Assembly (NCBI GenBank): GCA_977017645.1
Contig: OZ360226.1
Span: forward strand, 124,930,001-124,994,000
Direction: 5' to 3'
DNA: 64,000 nt
DNA from: Torpedo marmorata
Lineage: Eukaryota
Part shown: piece after piece, positions 1-12,304 of the stretch
Layout: every line of letters starts with the position of its first letter
Position numbering within the stretch: the first letter of the stretch is position 1
Notes under the pieces: model-generated
Told to the model about the DNA's origin: nothing
The model's database searches: none
The model's input: the letters and a program-made list of their open reading frames with translations, nothing else
Program-made: the position numbers and the translations under genes

Positions 1-649
1 TTCTGTAGATGAGATCGAGGCTCCAGGATGGTATGTTGCCTCCCAGGTGCCAGAGTCAGGGATGTCTCTTATCGAGTTCATAGCATTCTGGAGGGGGAGG
101 GTGTGCAGCCGGATGATGTGGTCCACGTGGGGACCAATGACATAGATAGGAGTAGGGATGAGGTCCTGAATATAAGGAGTTAGGAAAGAAGTTAAGAAGC
201 AGGACCTCAGGGGTGGTAATCTCAGGATTTCTGCCTGTGTCACGCGCCAGAGAGGGTAGGAACAGGAAGTTATGGCAGATGAATGCGTGGCTGAAGAGTT
301 GGTGCGGGGGCAGGGGTTCAGATTTCTGGATCATTGGGATCTCTTCTGGGGAAGGTATGACCTCTACAAAAAGGACGGGCTGCACCTGAACTGGAGGGGG
401 ACCAATATCCTGGCGGGCAGGCTTTCTAGAGCTGTTGGGGAGGGTTTAAACTAGTCTGGCAGGGGGGTGGGAATCAAAATGTGAGTGCAGAGATTAGGGT
501 AGAAGGGAACCAGGGTGTTAGGGTTGAGAAAGAGGCAAATAGACAAAAGTCAAAAATAATGTGCAGCAAAAATGACAAGCAGGTGAAAAGACAGGGTAAT
601 TTGCAGTACAATAAAAATACAGCAAAATCGGCAACAGATACTGGTCTAA

Positions 650-3626
650 GTATACTGTACTTAAATGCACGGAGCATTAGAAATAAAGCAGGTGACCTTG
701 TTGTGCAGCTACAGATTAAAAAATATGACATTGTGGCCATCATCAGTAAAGACATGGCTTAATGTTGGATGTGATTGGGAGCTGAATGTCCAAGGGTACA
801 CAGTGTATAGGAAAGATAGGCAGGTAGGTAGAGGGGGTGGCGTGGCCCTGATGGTAAGCAATGATATTAAATCACTATAAAGAAGGGACAGAGGTTCAGA
901 AGTGGTAGAATTCTTATGGGTTGAGTTAAGAAATGGCAAGGGTAAAAGGACCCTATACGCAGTTATATACAGGCCCCAAAACAGCAGCTGGGAAGAGGAC
1001 TACGAGTTACAGATGGAAATAGAAAAAGCGTGTCAAGGAAAATGTCAAAATAATTATGGGGGATTTTAACATGAAAGGGGATTGGCAATGTCAGGAAGGT
1101 ACTGGATCTCAGACGAGAGAGTTTGTAGAATGCCTACAGGATGGCCTTTTGGAACAGCTTGTCGATAAGCCCACCAGGGGATCGGCGGTTTTGGATTGGG
1201 TGATGTGTAATGAACCTGAGGTGATTAGGGAATTAAAGGTAATGGAACCCTTTGGAAGTATTGATCATAATATAATTGAGTTCAGTTTCAAATTTGGAAA
1301 GGAAAAGCTGATGTCAGGTGTGTCAATATTTCAGTGGAACAAAGGAAATTACAGTGGTATGAGAGAGGAACTGGCCCAAGTTGACTGGAAAAGTAAGCTA
1401 GATGGAGGGACAGCAGAGCAGAATTGGATGATATTTCTACAAGAAATAAAGAAAGTGCAGGATAGATATATTCCAAGAAAAAAGAAAATTATGAATGGAA
1501 AAATGGCACAAATGTGGATAACTAGAGAGGTTAAGGCTAAAATAAAAGCAAAAGGGAGGGCATACAAGGAAGCAAAAATTAGTGGAAAAACAGAGGACTG
1601 GGAAACTTTTAAAAACTTACAGAAAGAGACAAAGAAAGTCATTAGGAAAGAAAAGATGAATTATGAAAGGAAGTTGGAAAATAACATACAAAAGGATACT
1701 AAGAGATTTTTAAAATATATAAAGAGTAAAAGAGAGACACGGGTAGGTATAGGACCGTTTGAAAATGATTCTGGAGGAATTATAATGGGTAACAAAGAGA
1801 TGGCAGAGGAACTAAATGAGTATTTTGCGTCAGTCTTCACTGAGGAAGACAATAGCAATATACCTGATAGTCAGAGGTCTCAGGGAATAGAATTAAGTAC
1901 AGTCAGGATTACTAGAGAGATAGTGCTTGGTAAGCGAATGGACTAAAGATAGATAAGTCTCCCGGACCGGATGAGGTGCACCCACGGGTTCTGAAGGTGG
2001 GTTTGGAGATTGTGGAGGCATTGGAAATGATATCATTCCTGTAGTTAGGTGACCAAAACTGCACACAATACTCCAAATTTGGCCTCACCAATGTCTTTAT
2101 GCAACTTTACCATAACATCCCAGCTCCTATACTCTATACTTTGATTTATGAAGGCCAATATGCCAAAAGCTCTCTTTACAATCATATCCACCTGTGACGC
2201 CACTTTCAGGGAATTATGTATCTGTATTCCCAGATCCCTCTGTTCTACCGATGGTTCCGGAGGATTGGAAGGTCGCAAATGTAGTTCCGCTGTTTAAGAA
2301 AGGAGGGAGGCAGAAAAAAGGAAATTATAGGCCTATTAGTCTGACGTCGGTAGTTGGAAAGTTATTGGAGTCGCTCCTCAAGGACGAGGTTATGAAATAC
2401 CTCAAGGTGCATGACATGATAGGTCCAAGCCTGCATGGTTTCATGAAGGGAAGATCCTGCCTGACCAACCTATTGGAATTCTTTGAGGTAATCTCAAGTA
2501 GGATGGACAAGGGAGAGGCTGTGGATGTTGTGTATTTGGATTTTCAAAAGGCCTTTGATAAGGTGCCACATAAGAGGCTGCTTAATAAGATGAGAGCCCA
2601 TGGAATTACAGGAAAGATATTAGATTGGGTGGATAGGCTGATAGGCAGGAAGCAAAGGGTGGGAATAAAGGGATCCTGTTCTGGTTGGTTGCCGGTTACT
2701 AGTTGTGTTCCGCAAGGGTCGGTGTTGGGGCCGCTTCTTTTTACAATGTATATAGATGATTTAGATTATGGATTGAATGGTTTTGTGGCGAAGTTTACAG
2801 ATGACACCAAAATAGGTGGTGGAGTAAGAAGTGTTGAAGAAACCGAAAGGTTGCAGAGAGACTTGGACAGCTTAGGAGAGTGGGCAAATAAATGGCAGAT
2901 GAAATACAATGTTGAGAAATGTACGGTTGTACATTTTGGAAGAGGAAATAAACAGGCAGATTATTATTTGGATGGGGAGAAAATTCAAAATTCGGAAGTG
3001 CAAAGGGACTTGGGGGTCCTCGTGCAGGACAACCTAAAGTTTAACCACCAGGTTGGATCGGCAGTAAAGAAAGCGAATGCTATGTTGGCATTCATTTCAA
3101 GAGGAATAGTGTATAAGAGTAAAGAGGTGTTGACGAGGCTCTATGGGGCACTGGTGAGACCTCATTTGGAGTACTGTGTGCAGTTTTGGGCCCCTTAGAA
3201 GGAATTTAATGATGTTGGAGAGAGTACAGAGAAGATTTACCAGGATGATTCCTGGAATGCAAGGGCTAACATATGAGGAATGTTTAGCAGCTCTTGGACT
3301 GTATTCATTGGAGTATAGAAGAATTAGAGGGGATCTCAGAAACATTTCGAATACTGAAAGGATTGGACAGAGTAGATGTGAATAAGATGTTTCCCTTGGT
3401 GGGTGAATCCAGGACAAGAGGGCACAGTCTTAGAATTAGAAGGTACCCATTTAGAACCGAGATGAGGGGGAATTTCTTTAGCCAGAGGGTCATGGATTTG
3501 TGGAATTCATTGCCACATACAGCTGTGGAGGCCCGATCATTGGGGTTTTTTAAGGAGGAGATTGATAGGTATCTAATTATTCAGGGTATCAAGGGATATG
3601 GGGAAATGGCCGGAAATTGGAATTAG
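650..3626 (+). pseudogene. CR1 ORF2 (APE endonuclease + reverse transcriptase), frameshifted
   Basis: ORF-track pieces 665-880, 1056-1946, 2194-3198, 3176-3385 and 3294-3626 are colinear with the intact ORF2 at 53570-56524. Confidence 0.93.
2031..2247 (-). mobile_element. Antisense fragment of a second CR1 subfamily embedded in ORF2
   Basis: The minus strand reads EQRDLGIQIHNSLKVASQVD...AFINQSIEYRSW...QFWSPNYR. This is closer to the 53.5-56.5 kb CR1 than to the host copy. Confidence 0.85.
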
Positions 3627-3861
3627 ATGTGAGAAGAGTTAGCTTAGGGTGGAGTTGCGGAGCAGACTCGATGGGCCGAATGGCCTACTTCTGTTCCTTT
3701 ATCTTGTGATCTTGTGATATCTTTAACATTTATGTGGGGAATTCATAGCTTTAGTGGATTGTATTTAAATGTTAAATTAAATGATATTAAAATTTGAGAA
3801 ATTTGATGTGACTCACACTTCAAATTTTTCATGGAACAAGTCATTATTGTTTATACCATAC

Positions 3862-5011
3862 TGTTACGAACTAACAAACCTTGCTAGTACTAACAAAGGA
3901 ACAGCAATGGAAGATTCACCAGACAATGGTAAATTCAAAAATAGTTTTTATTTAAACTATTAATAACATAACATATCTTACTTATCTCTAAACTTAACTC
4001 TAACTTAAACCCCACTATGCGCAAATGTAAATGTGTGTATGTTAAAGTCCAAACTATTTCAGTTTCAACTTAATTCTGAAAAAGTCAATTTTTTAAGTCC
4101 AGTTTCAAACTTATTTTGTTGAAATTCAGGATCCCTTTAAATTGTGATTCAAAAGTGAATAAAGCAAGAATGGAGCATTCGATTTCTTTCAAACTCACAC
4201 GCCTTTTGATGAGTTGTCTTTCGGAGATAGTTTTCATACGAGTGTGTTCACAAGTTTCCCCCTATCTTGTTAGGGTTACGGAACTGTAATCTTCAAGATG
4301 ATTTCTTTCTTAATCAAGAGTAACATACGGTGATGTGCTCTTTTCTTAGAATCAATTTGAAAGTGGTCTTACTTATTTTAAAAGCCACTTATTATGTATT
4401 TCCTATGATAAGGATAATACATAGAGATAGTACCTCTATCCATTCAGAGATCACTGCTCAAATAATAATTCTGTCTTTCCAGAACGTCAAAGGTTCTTAA
4501 ACTGCTTCTTTGTCTTTCCAAAGTGTCAGAGTTTCTCCAGTCTGGTATAGTCTGTTTTAAAATGTCCCTCTTCTTCAGTAATATGGGTCTCTGACATCAT
4601 TTGACATTACATCATCAATGACATCAATCTGAATTCTTGGAAACCATATGACCACTTCCTGGAATCTTTACAATTGCCAGCTCCAGTTTCTTGGAAACCA
4701 TGTGACCTTCATAACTCTGTTCCAAGAGGCTTAAGTGGCTTATGATTCTGGAAAGTACACAAAAATGCTTTTAAGCAACCACCCATTGTCCTTGAGTTTC
4801 AATTAAAAACCACTTCAGTTTTTATGGCTTTTGTCTTCATAGACGCTTCGACTCCAAAAGACTCCCAGCTGCAATTTCTTTCTCTCAGTAATGGATTTTT
4901 TCTGCAAATGTGCTGTGACCTGTGTGTGTCCCTTTACCAGCCCACAACTAACCTTACTAAGATATATAATTCTATAACTTAACTTTAACTATTAACATTA
5001 ACACATCCGTT
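3862..5011. mobile_element. Probable solo LTR (~1.15 kb)
   Basis: Begins TGTTACG and ends CATCCGTT next to another insertion. Non-coding. Shares blocks (CTAAACTTAACT, ACTATGCGC.AAT) with the element at 38001-39341. Confidence 0.55.
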
Positions 5012-5845
5012 CAAGATTCAAGATTCAATTTATTGTCATAGTAATAAGACAGTGTCATATTCCATGAAATTTCTTTTTGCATGCTACAAGGCAGACAGAT
5101 TCGCCACTGGCAGAAATTGCCTAAGCGCCTCTTACATTCCTTACAGTCAGAGAAAGAGAAGCAAAAGAGAGTCCCCCCAGAGTCACCGAGTGTCCATAGA
5201 TTCGCCTCCAGCGCTTCCGCAGCCCCCGCAGCCACACAGAGTCCAGTCCAAACCATCGGCAGCCCGAGCTCCAGATCCGAACCTCCAACACGGTCAGGGC
5301 GCCCTCGGCACCCCCTCGCATCCCAGTTCCGATACCTGGTACTCCTCCAGCCAGTTCGTGCCAGCCTCCAGCAGTCTGCAGCCTGGCGTGAGTCCCCTGA
5401 CAGCAGTCTCCAGCAGCCCACAGCCTCCGCGGGTTCCTCGCCTCGAGTCGCCAGCAGCCTGCCGCATGCACTTGTCCTTTAGCCTCAGAGCCGCTCACTG
5501 GTCCGCCGCCGTGGTCACCGTCCCATGGGTCGTCTCCTCTGCTTCTCCTTCTCAGATGGGGGGTGATCTTCCCGGCCTCTGGTGCCCTGCTCCAGTCCTC
5601 TGCTTCCCTGGAATCTGCAGCCGGTTAAAGGCGCTGCCATCTTGGGCGCAGACCCCGCGGTCGCGGGATCTCAAATAAAACCACCGTCGGCTCCTTTAAC
5701 GGGCCGTTCAAGGTCCGTGCAGAACCAACGGCAGTCGACTGGGCGGCTGGACCCTGCGGGAGCGCTGTATCTCCTCTCCCACGCTCCCCGCGCGTGCACG
5801 GCAGCGCTGCCACTACAGCAGCTCCGGCAGCGCCACCATTTCTCA
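5010..5845 (-). mobile_element. Non-autonomous ~830-bp retroelement with Rex/Babar-like 3' tail (copy 1)
   Basis: Colinear with 35310-36138. The minus strand starts GAAATGGTGGCGCTG and ends GACAATAAA(TTGAATC)n. Its 3' end resembles the Rex 3' UTR at 11255-11345. Confidence 0.8.
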
Positions 5846-5948
5846 AAACACATATACATTCAGAAGAGGTCCCAGTACTTGAATATCCTCGAAGTCACAT
5901 ACAATCGAAACATCTTTTGCATTGTCAAGGTGTAAACAATGAAACAAC

Positions 5949-7890
5949 CAGGGGTGCAGTGCTCACTGGAGCGCTGCTCCGGCACCTCTGTTTTTTAAAA
6001 AAAAGATCAACTTCTCCACGAATAAGGGAGATGTGATTGTAGATTTGAGAGAACATTCCTCTCCCAACAAGTTTTAGAATTTAAGTCGGAATACTGTCTG
6101 CTCCCCAACTTTCCATTTGGCACACAAGCATTAGTGAATCAGGAATGGTGGCGAGGCCAGACTGCAAGTTGAGGGAATGATTTGCGGATACTCTCTACTG
6201 CCCCTGTACTCCAATGTGTGTGAGCGAGGACACTGCGGTCCTGCTAAATCTCGCTATACTTACACGGAGAGGGACGTTGCCATCTGGTTGGGGCCGCATG
6301 GTAAGGTCCTGGCAGCGGAGGCTCCGATATCCCGTCTCACCTGCGTTTCGTCCGCCTCTATCAATTCAGCTGTGCTCGCCACTTACAGAATGGATCAAAC
6401 CGATAACAGTATTCCATTCAAAATTAGCCCTCAAGTAGAAATTATATTTTTTATTTCTCGGCAGTTGTCAGAGAGGAGGGGCCTTTGGCTGGGGTCAAAG
6501 TTGTACCGGTGAGTTTAGAGAGAGAAAGACCTGGGAAAAAGGGAGAGACACGGGATGGGGAGGGGGGGAGAGAAAGTCACTGGATAGAGAGGGGGTGAGA
6601 GAGAAGCGTGGGATAGATAGAAGAACGGGATAGAGAGATAGAGACTCGGAATACAGAGTCAAAATTGAGAGAGACCTTAGATTTGTGTGAGTGAGTGGGG
6701 GGGGGGTGGTGGGTGGGGCGGTGGTGGGTGGGGCAGAAACATAGGAGATCGACCCAGGATCAAGAGGGAGAGATAGAAAAAGACCTGTGAGAGAAAGTAC
6801 TGAGTGATAAGGAGACCCAGGAGAGAAAGAGAGACCTGGGAAAGTGAGAAAGATAAATCGACAAGGAGATTAGGGACAGTGAGAGAGGAGACTTGGGATA
6901 GAGTGATGCAGGACAGAGTGAGGAACCCCAGGAAAGAGAAATATGAGATAGAAAGAGAGAGTCCTGGGATAGAGGGAAACTGGGGAGATAGATCAACAGA
7001 CCTTGAATAGTGTAAAGCTTGGGTTAGAGGAGATGATCAGAGAGGGAGATACATGGGATGGAGTGGGACCCAGGATATGGATAGAGTGAGCTTTGGGACA
7101 AGAAAGAGAGAGAGAGGGACCTAGGATAGATAGGGAGAGGGAGATTTCTAGAGAGTCCCAAATCAGGTGGGGGGATGGGAGGGAGGGGAGAGAAGAATGA
7201 ACAAAGGGATGTCATAGTGAGAGAGAGGGACAAATCCAGGTTGGAGGGAGACCCGGCCTAGGTAGATGCAAGAGACGCAGAAAAGAAAGTGAGAGACAAG
7301 GAATAGGAACAATGAGAGTTGTGACCTGAGGGTTTGGGTGGAGGAAGAAAGAATGACCAGGAAAGCAAGAGGAAGGAACAAAACGAAACAGAGTTCCAAG
7401 AGGCAATCCCCACAGAGAGAAAGAATGACCAGGACAGACAGCCATAGAGAGAGAGAAACTCATGACGTGGAGAGATAGAACAAACTCAAGGTATGTGCAG
7501 ACCTCTGCAGATAATTAGTGAGTGCAACCGTGCAATACTTTGTCATATTATTAAATTAGGTATTATATGTTTTATTGTACAAGTTATACACTGAAATGTA
7601 GTGATAGGCTATAATCTTGTTAATGTCTTAACATTATATTTCTGGAGCTCTGAAATTCATATATTTCTTTCATCTTGATTTAGTGCTTGACATTATAAGA
7701 AGCCTTATTCATATATATATGTTACACCCAATTTGTGTACCTGCTCATTTCATGTTCTGGGCAACTTCCTTGCCCTATTCATGTAATGAGCAGGTACACA
7801 AATTGGGTGTGACATATATAGAGAGAGGATATAGGAAATGGCAGGTATTTTGTCAGCTCCGGCACCTCAAAAATTAGCACTGCACCCCTG
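5949..7890. mobile_element. Non-autonomous hAT DNA transposon (1942 bp) with internal cargo
   Basis: Perfect 15-bp TIRs CAGGGGTGCAGTGCT (5949-5963) and AGCACTGCACCCCTG (7876-7890). Perfect 8-bp TSD GAAACAAC (5941-5948 and 7891-7898). Subterminal GCTCCGGCACCTC occurs near both ends. Confidence 0.92.
6515..7470 (+). repeat. GA/purine-rich low-complexity tract with G-runs (potential G4 at ~6697-6733)
   Basis: Strong A/G bias, (GA)n-like motifs and several GGG tracts. Confidence 0.85.
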
Positions 7891-9130
7891 GAAACAACTT
7901 CACTTTTAGGAGGGGAAGTCATATTTGAGCCAAGGAATTTCTTTGCACAGGTTGAGGTCTTATCTTAATTCTTGTGAAGAAGAAAATAACCAAATGTAAT
8001 TTAACTTTTAACTATGGTTAAAGTATACTGAGAATATTTATTACAAGCATCCATAGAGACTTATAGCTTTTGGTTCATTATTGCTTAATACTGTCAATAG
8101 TTTAGATGTTATTATTGAAATCCTACTAAGTTTAACAGCATTACTGGCAATTACTGATTAGATAATAATTTCTGTACAAATTCCTCTGATTAAGAATTTG
8201 GCCACATATCCACAGCTGCTTCAAATAATGAAAATGCTTGCTGTGAAAAATGAGATCATTGCTTCAATCTGTTTGACAAAACCAGCACAGCACATGGGAA
8301 TTTTGTGAAACGAGTTTATTTTTTTTCTTTTCAGAGGGTTGAAGTCATCTTACAAGTATTTGTACTCCCAGCTGTGCTTCAGGGAAATTTCGGTTCACAT
8401 GGCTGCTTGATTGATAGTCTTCAGCACTTTGCAAATGTAACAGTGTGCAGGTTTAAACAAATCCCAGCTAAAATGTTACTGCTAACCGTTGCAAGTAGGT
8501 AATGTACTGAAATTGATTGACAGTTTTTCAATTGAGCTCCTTCATTCTATAATTTTCACGTATGCTGGAAAAGTACATTTCACTTTTAGTGGTCAGCCTG
8601 TGACCTAAGATTTTATCGATGACAATACATCTGCTAGGTGTTTTGTTCATTCCATGATTTCACTTGTCTTCAGGCAGTAAAGTTTGGATTCAATTAGCTG
8701 AGTGGAGGTGTAGAAAGGTCACTGGTCTTACCATCATTTTCATTTGTTAATATGGAGTTGGTTGTATACTTATGTGATTTGAATAAAGGTGCACAAAATT
8801 GCAATTTGGTTGCACATATTAATAGCAGTTTAATATTATTGACAGCAGTCTTTGAAATCATGTTAATCCAGGGAAACCGCAGTTCCTTCCAGAGAGAAGC
8901 TATTTGAGAGTGAATCCTGTGGAATACCATACCAAAAACATGGAGGCTAAATGGATCTAAAAACAGAACATGGAAATTGTGACTGTGCAATTCTTGGTTC
9001 CTTCCCATTTGAGTGACTTCTGTGTTTACCTTCAATAACCACTGTTCATTGGCTAGATGAATTAACAGGAGAACAATATTGTGAGTGGTGCAGTTAAAAC
9101 TTGTCAGCACTGTTTAAAATTACTTCCACT

Positions 9131-9777
9131 GAAATAGAGGACAAATGCAATAGGTGTAATGGCCACCGAAGTCACAATTTTTATCAGTGTCCCCAAAATA
9201 CAAGGACTCTGGAACAGTCATTGACGCACTATCCGAAATATTTAAAGTCAATTTGCAACCCTGCCTGTTGACTATAATATTTGGAATCTCCAACAACTCC
9301 CTAAATTCCCTGCAGAAAAACATGATAGCATTTACATCCCTTCTAGCCAAGCGTCTAATCTTGTTACACTGGAAGTCTGATAGGAGTCCTTAGTCTACAC
9401 AATGGATTAAGGATATCAGTTTCTTTATTAAATCGGAGAAAATCAAATACACATTAAGAGGGTCCACTGGAAAATTTGTCCATAAATGGCAACCCTTTAT
9501 GCGTTATTTCTCTGAACTACGAGTGCTTTCGGAGTAAATAACTAACTGTGAGACGGTTATACCAGTACAATCGGTAATATACCGATGATACTGTCAACAA
9601 AGGTGCCAAGGTGGTCAAGGAGTGGGAGGCCCAGGCATGTATCTGAGGGTATATGTGAATATTTGTGTATATGTGTGTTGGTTTTTCTGTTAAAAAAAGA
9701 AAATAGGAGCACAATGTACATCTGTATAATGTGTACAATGTTGTTTTTGATGTTCAATAAATATATTTTGAAAAAAA
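9131..9777 (+). mobile_element. 5'-truncated L1 (ORF2 C-terminus, 3' UTR, poly-A)
   Basis: CNRC cysteine-rich motif, then AFTSLLAKRLILLHWK...EKIKYTLRG, AATAAA and an A-tail. 15-bp TSD AAAATT(A/G)CTTCCACT at 9116-9130 and 9778-9792. Confidence 0.9.
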
Positions 9778-9994
9778 AAAATTGCTTCCACTACTTGAGC
9801 AGACAGGAATAGATACTAGTCAAGAATTTGGCCTGGAAAATGAGAAGCACAGAACTAGATGCTTATTTTATCTTGTTTTTGGCAAGAATGACATTTGATT
9901 AGCTTTCATTGATTTGGGAGCTACTGCTAATATTCAATATGTAATTATGGACAGGAAACAATGAGTTGTTGGAAATACGTTCAGTTCTTGGATG

Positions 9995-10050
9995 AAGTGA
10001 AAACAGAATATGCTGGAAATATTCAGCAGGTCAGGCAGCATCTGTGGAAA
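9995..10050 (-). mobile_element. Penelope-like element terminal remnant
   Basis: TGCTGGAAATATTCAGCAGGTCAGGCAGCATCTG resembles the reverse complement of the PLE terminus at 36780-36820 and 61140-61175. Confidence 0.55.
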
Positions 10051-10347
10051 TTAGAACATTGCCAGAGACAAATAGAAGATAATGTCTGTTGTAGGCTAGA
10101 GACATGAAGATATTAAATGACACAAGTGGTAGTGGTGCAGGCAAAAAGAATGAGAACAGGAAGAAAAAAAATGAAAGTTGAAGTAAATAATAGAAGATAA
10201 AAGAAAAAAAGAATGTTCAAAATTTGAGATACAAGGGCTGGCCAGGCTGATGATGTACAATTGTTCAATTTTTTGTTGTTAGCATACATGAACTTCTCCA
10301 CTTCTTAATTTATAGGGAAGGAAGGTCATCGATGAAGAAAATGAAGA

Positions 10348-11346
10348 ACATCTCCTCCACAATCTCCATTAGTACCGGAGCACCACAGGGCTGCATTCTT
10401 AGCCCCCTGGTCTACTCGTTATACACCTATGACTGTGGCTTAGTACGACAACAGCACCATTTACAAGTTCGTTGATGATACCATGGTAGTTGGTTGTATA
10501 AAAAGGGGTGATGAGTCAGCATACAGGAGGGAGATTGAAAACTTGGCTGAATGGTGCACCAACAACAACCTCACGCTCAATGTCACCAAAACCAAAGAGC
10601 CGATTATTGACTTCAGGAAGGGAAAACCAGAGGTGTATGATGCAATGATCATTGGGGATCAGAGGTGGAGAGGGTGAGCATATTTAAGTTCTTGGGAGTC
10701 ACTATCTTGGAGGATCTTTCCTGGACCCAATGGCATCATGAAGAATGCACGTTAGCGCCTTTACATCCTCAGGAGTTTGCGGAGGTTTGGTATGACATCA
10801 GAAACCCTGGCAAATTTCTACAGATGTATGGTGGAAAGTGTGCTGACTAGCTGCTTCACAGTCTGGTATGGGGACACCAATACCCTGAGCGTAAAACCCT
10901 GCAAAAGGTAGTGGACACAGCCCAGGACATCACAGACAAAACCCTCCCCACCATCGAGAACATCTACAGGGAATGCTGCCATCGGAGAGCAGCAGCAATC
11001 ATCAAGGATCCACACCACCCAGCACACGCTCTGTCTCGCTGCTACCATCAGGAAAGAGGTATAGGTACCACAAGACTTACTTGCACCACCAGGTTCAGGA
11101 ACAGCTGCTATCCCTCCACCATCAGACTCCTCAACAATGAACTCAATCAGGGGCTTATTTAACAACTCTTACTTTTTCACTTTATTGATTTTTTCATTGC
11201 TTTATTTGTTTACATGTATATGTATCTTCTTGAGTACAGTTTTTTGCACTACCAATAAGTGGTAATTCTGCCTCGCCCGCAGGGAAAAGAATCTCAAGGT
11301 TGTATGTGATGTCATGTATGTGCTCTGACAATAAATCTGAAATCTG
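10348..11346 (+). mobile_element. 5'-truncated Rex1/Babar-type LINE
   Basis: STGAPQGCILSPLVYSLYT...KFVDDT..VGCI..GDESAYRREIENLAEWC...HPAHAL. Tail GACAATAAATCTGAAATCTGAA. Flanked by a TGAAGA duplication inside an older LINE. Confidence 0.9.
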
Positions 11347-11585
11347 AAGATAGTTGTGCCTGGGACACCACCATGAGGGAGTCCTGGGGCCAAGATGATT
11401 GACATCCAAGATGTGACTCCAGCCAATGTAGTGCTTTCCCTTTAACGACACACTTTAGTTTGGCTACTTGACGTGAGACTCCGTCAAATGCTGCCTTGAT
11501 GTCAAGGTCCATCACGCTCACCTCACTTCTAATATTCATCTCTTCAATACAAGTTTAGATGAAAACGAGACCTGGAGCCGAGTAG
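11347..11585 (-). mobile_element. Old non-LTR retrotransposon RT remnant (LDIKAAFD motif)
   Basis: The minus ORF 11312-11539 reads DLDIKAAFDGVS. Related remnants lie at ~24010-24800 and 47450-48715. Confidence 0.65.
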
Positions 11586-12038
11586 TTCAATTTCAAGTTT
11601 TCAAGTTTACGTTTATTGTCACGTGCTAAGGTACAGTGAAAGGTTTTGTTTTGCATGCTCTCTAGCATGTCTATCCAAATGTAAATACAGCAAAATAAAA
11701 TTCAGTACAGAGAGTAGAGTTACAGTGAGAGATATGTTCGAACAAAGTATGGGCAACATTATTTTAGTATTGTGAGATTTGTTCAATAGTAGTGGGAAAG
11801 AAACTGTCCTTGAATCTGGTGGTGCATGATTTCACACCCTTGAATCTTCTTCCCAATAGGAGGAGGGAGAAGAGAATGTGGGTGGGATCAATTATTTATT
11901 ACGTTGGCTGCTTTTCCAAGGCATTGGGAGGTGTATCTGGAAGTGATAATGGAAAGGGAGGTTTGTGTGATGGTCTGAGCTGCGTTCATTGCAGTTTCCG
12001 TGGTCTTGGGGGAGAGCAGCTCCCATAGCACTCAGTTA
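11586..12038 (-). mobile_element. Rex/Babar-type LINE 3' part, split by the Harbinger and continuing at 23484
   Basis: Tail (TTCAAG)n plus TTTATTGTCAC. The sequence runs colinearly across the Harbinger boundaries into 23484-24000. Confidence 0.75.
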
Positions 12039-12256
12039 TGGTTTTTACACATAACCGACGGTATTTTCCCGTTGACAATTTTCATACCTACCTTCCAGAG
12101 TAGCCGTTCACACAGAACTATCTCTGTATGGATATCGCTGCGTTTTTAGACTGAAGTACCTGAGGTGCAATACTTACGTAGCTGGACGTGGATCGACGTC
12201 GCCCGTGACATATAACTTATGTCCGACGCACAGCGTCACTGCGTTGACGTCGTCAG

Positions 12257-12264
12257 TGACGTCA
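12257..12264. promoter_or_regulatory. CRE palindrome TGACGTCA within an ACGT-rich cluster upstream of the Harbinger transposase
   Basis: Several ACGT/GACGTC motifs at 12170-12265. A similar cluster at 23255-23285 precedes the Myb gene. Confidence 0.35.
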
Positions 12265-12304
12265 TTCATCTGTGTCCAAAAAAGCCTCCAGACAGAAGAG
12301 AAAA

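Larger units (their letters stand above)
1..3718 (+). mobile_element. CR1-clade LINE, degraded, 5' end outside the window
   Basis: 1-453 encodes the SGNH-esterase end of ORF1 (HVGTND, FLDHWDLFWGR, DGLHLN). ORF2 pieces follow: APE endonuclease (LYLNARSIRNK, MGDFN, GSIDHNII) and RT (NYRPISLTS, YLDFQKAFDKVPH, VPQGSVLGP, FTDDTK). Ends in a (TCTTGTGA)n microsatellite tail at ~3702-3718. Confidence 0.95.

Noticed and set aside
5011-6036. Many overlapping 100-200 aa ORFs
   Set aside because: An artefact of GC-rich sequence. The frames are not conserved in the second copy at 35310-36138.
6760-7463. S/L/P-rich and E/R-rich ORFs
   Set aside because: Translations of GA/TC low-complexity sequence.
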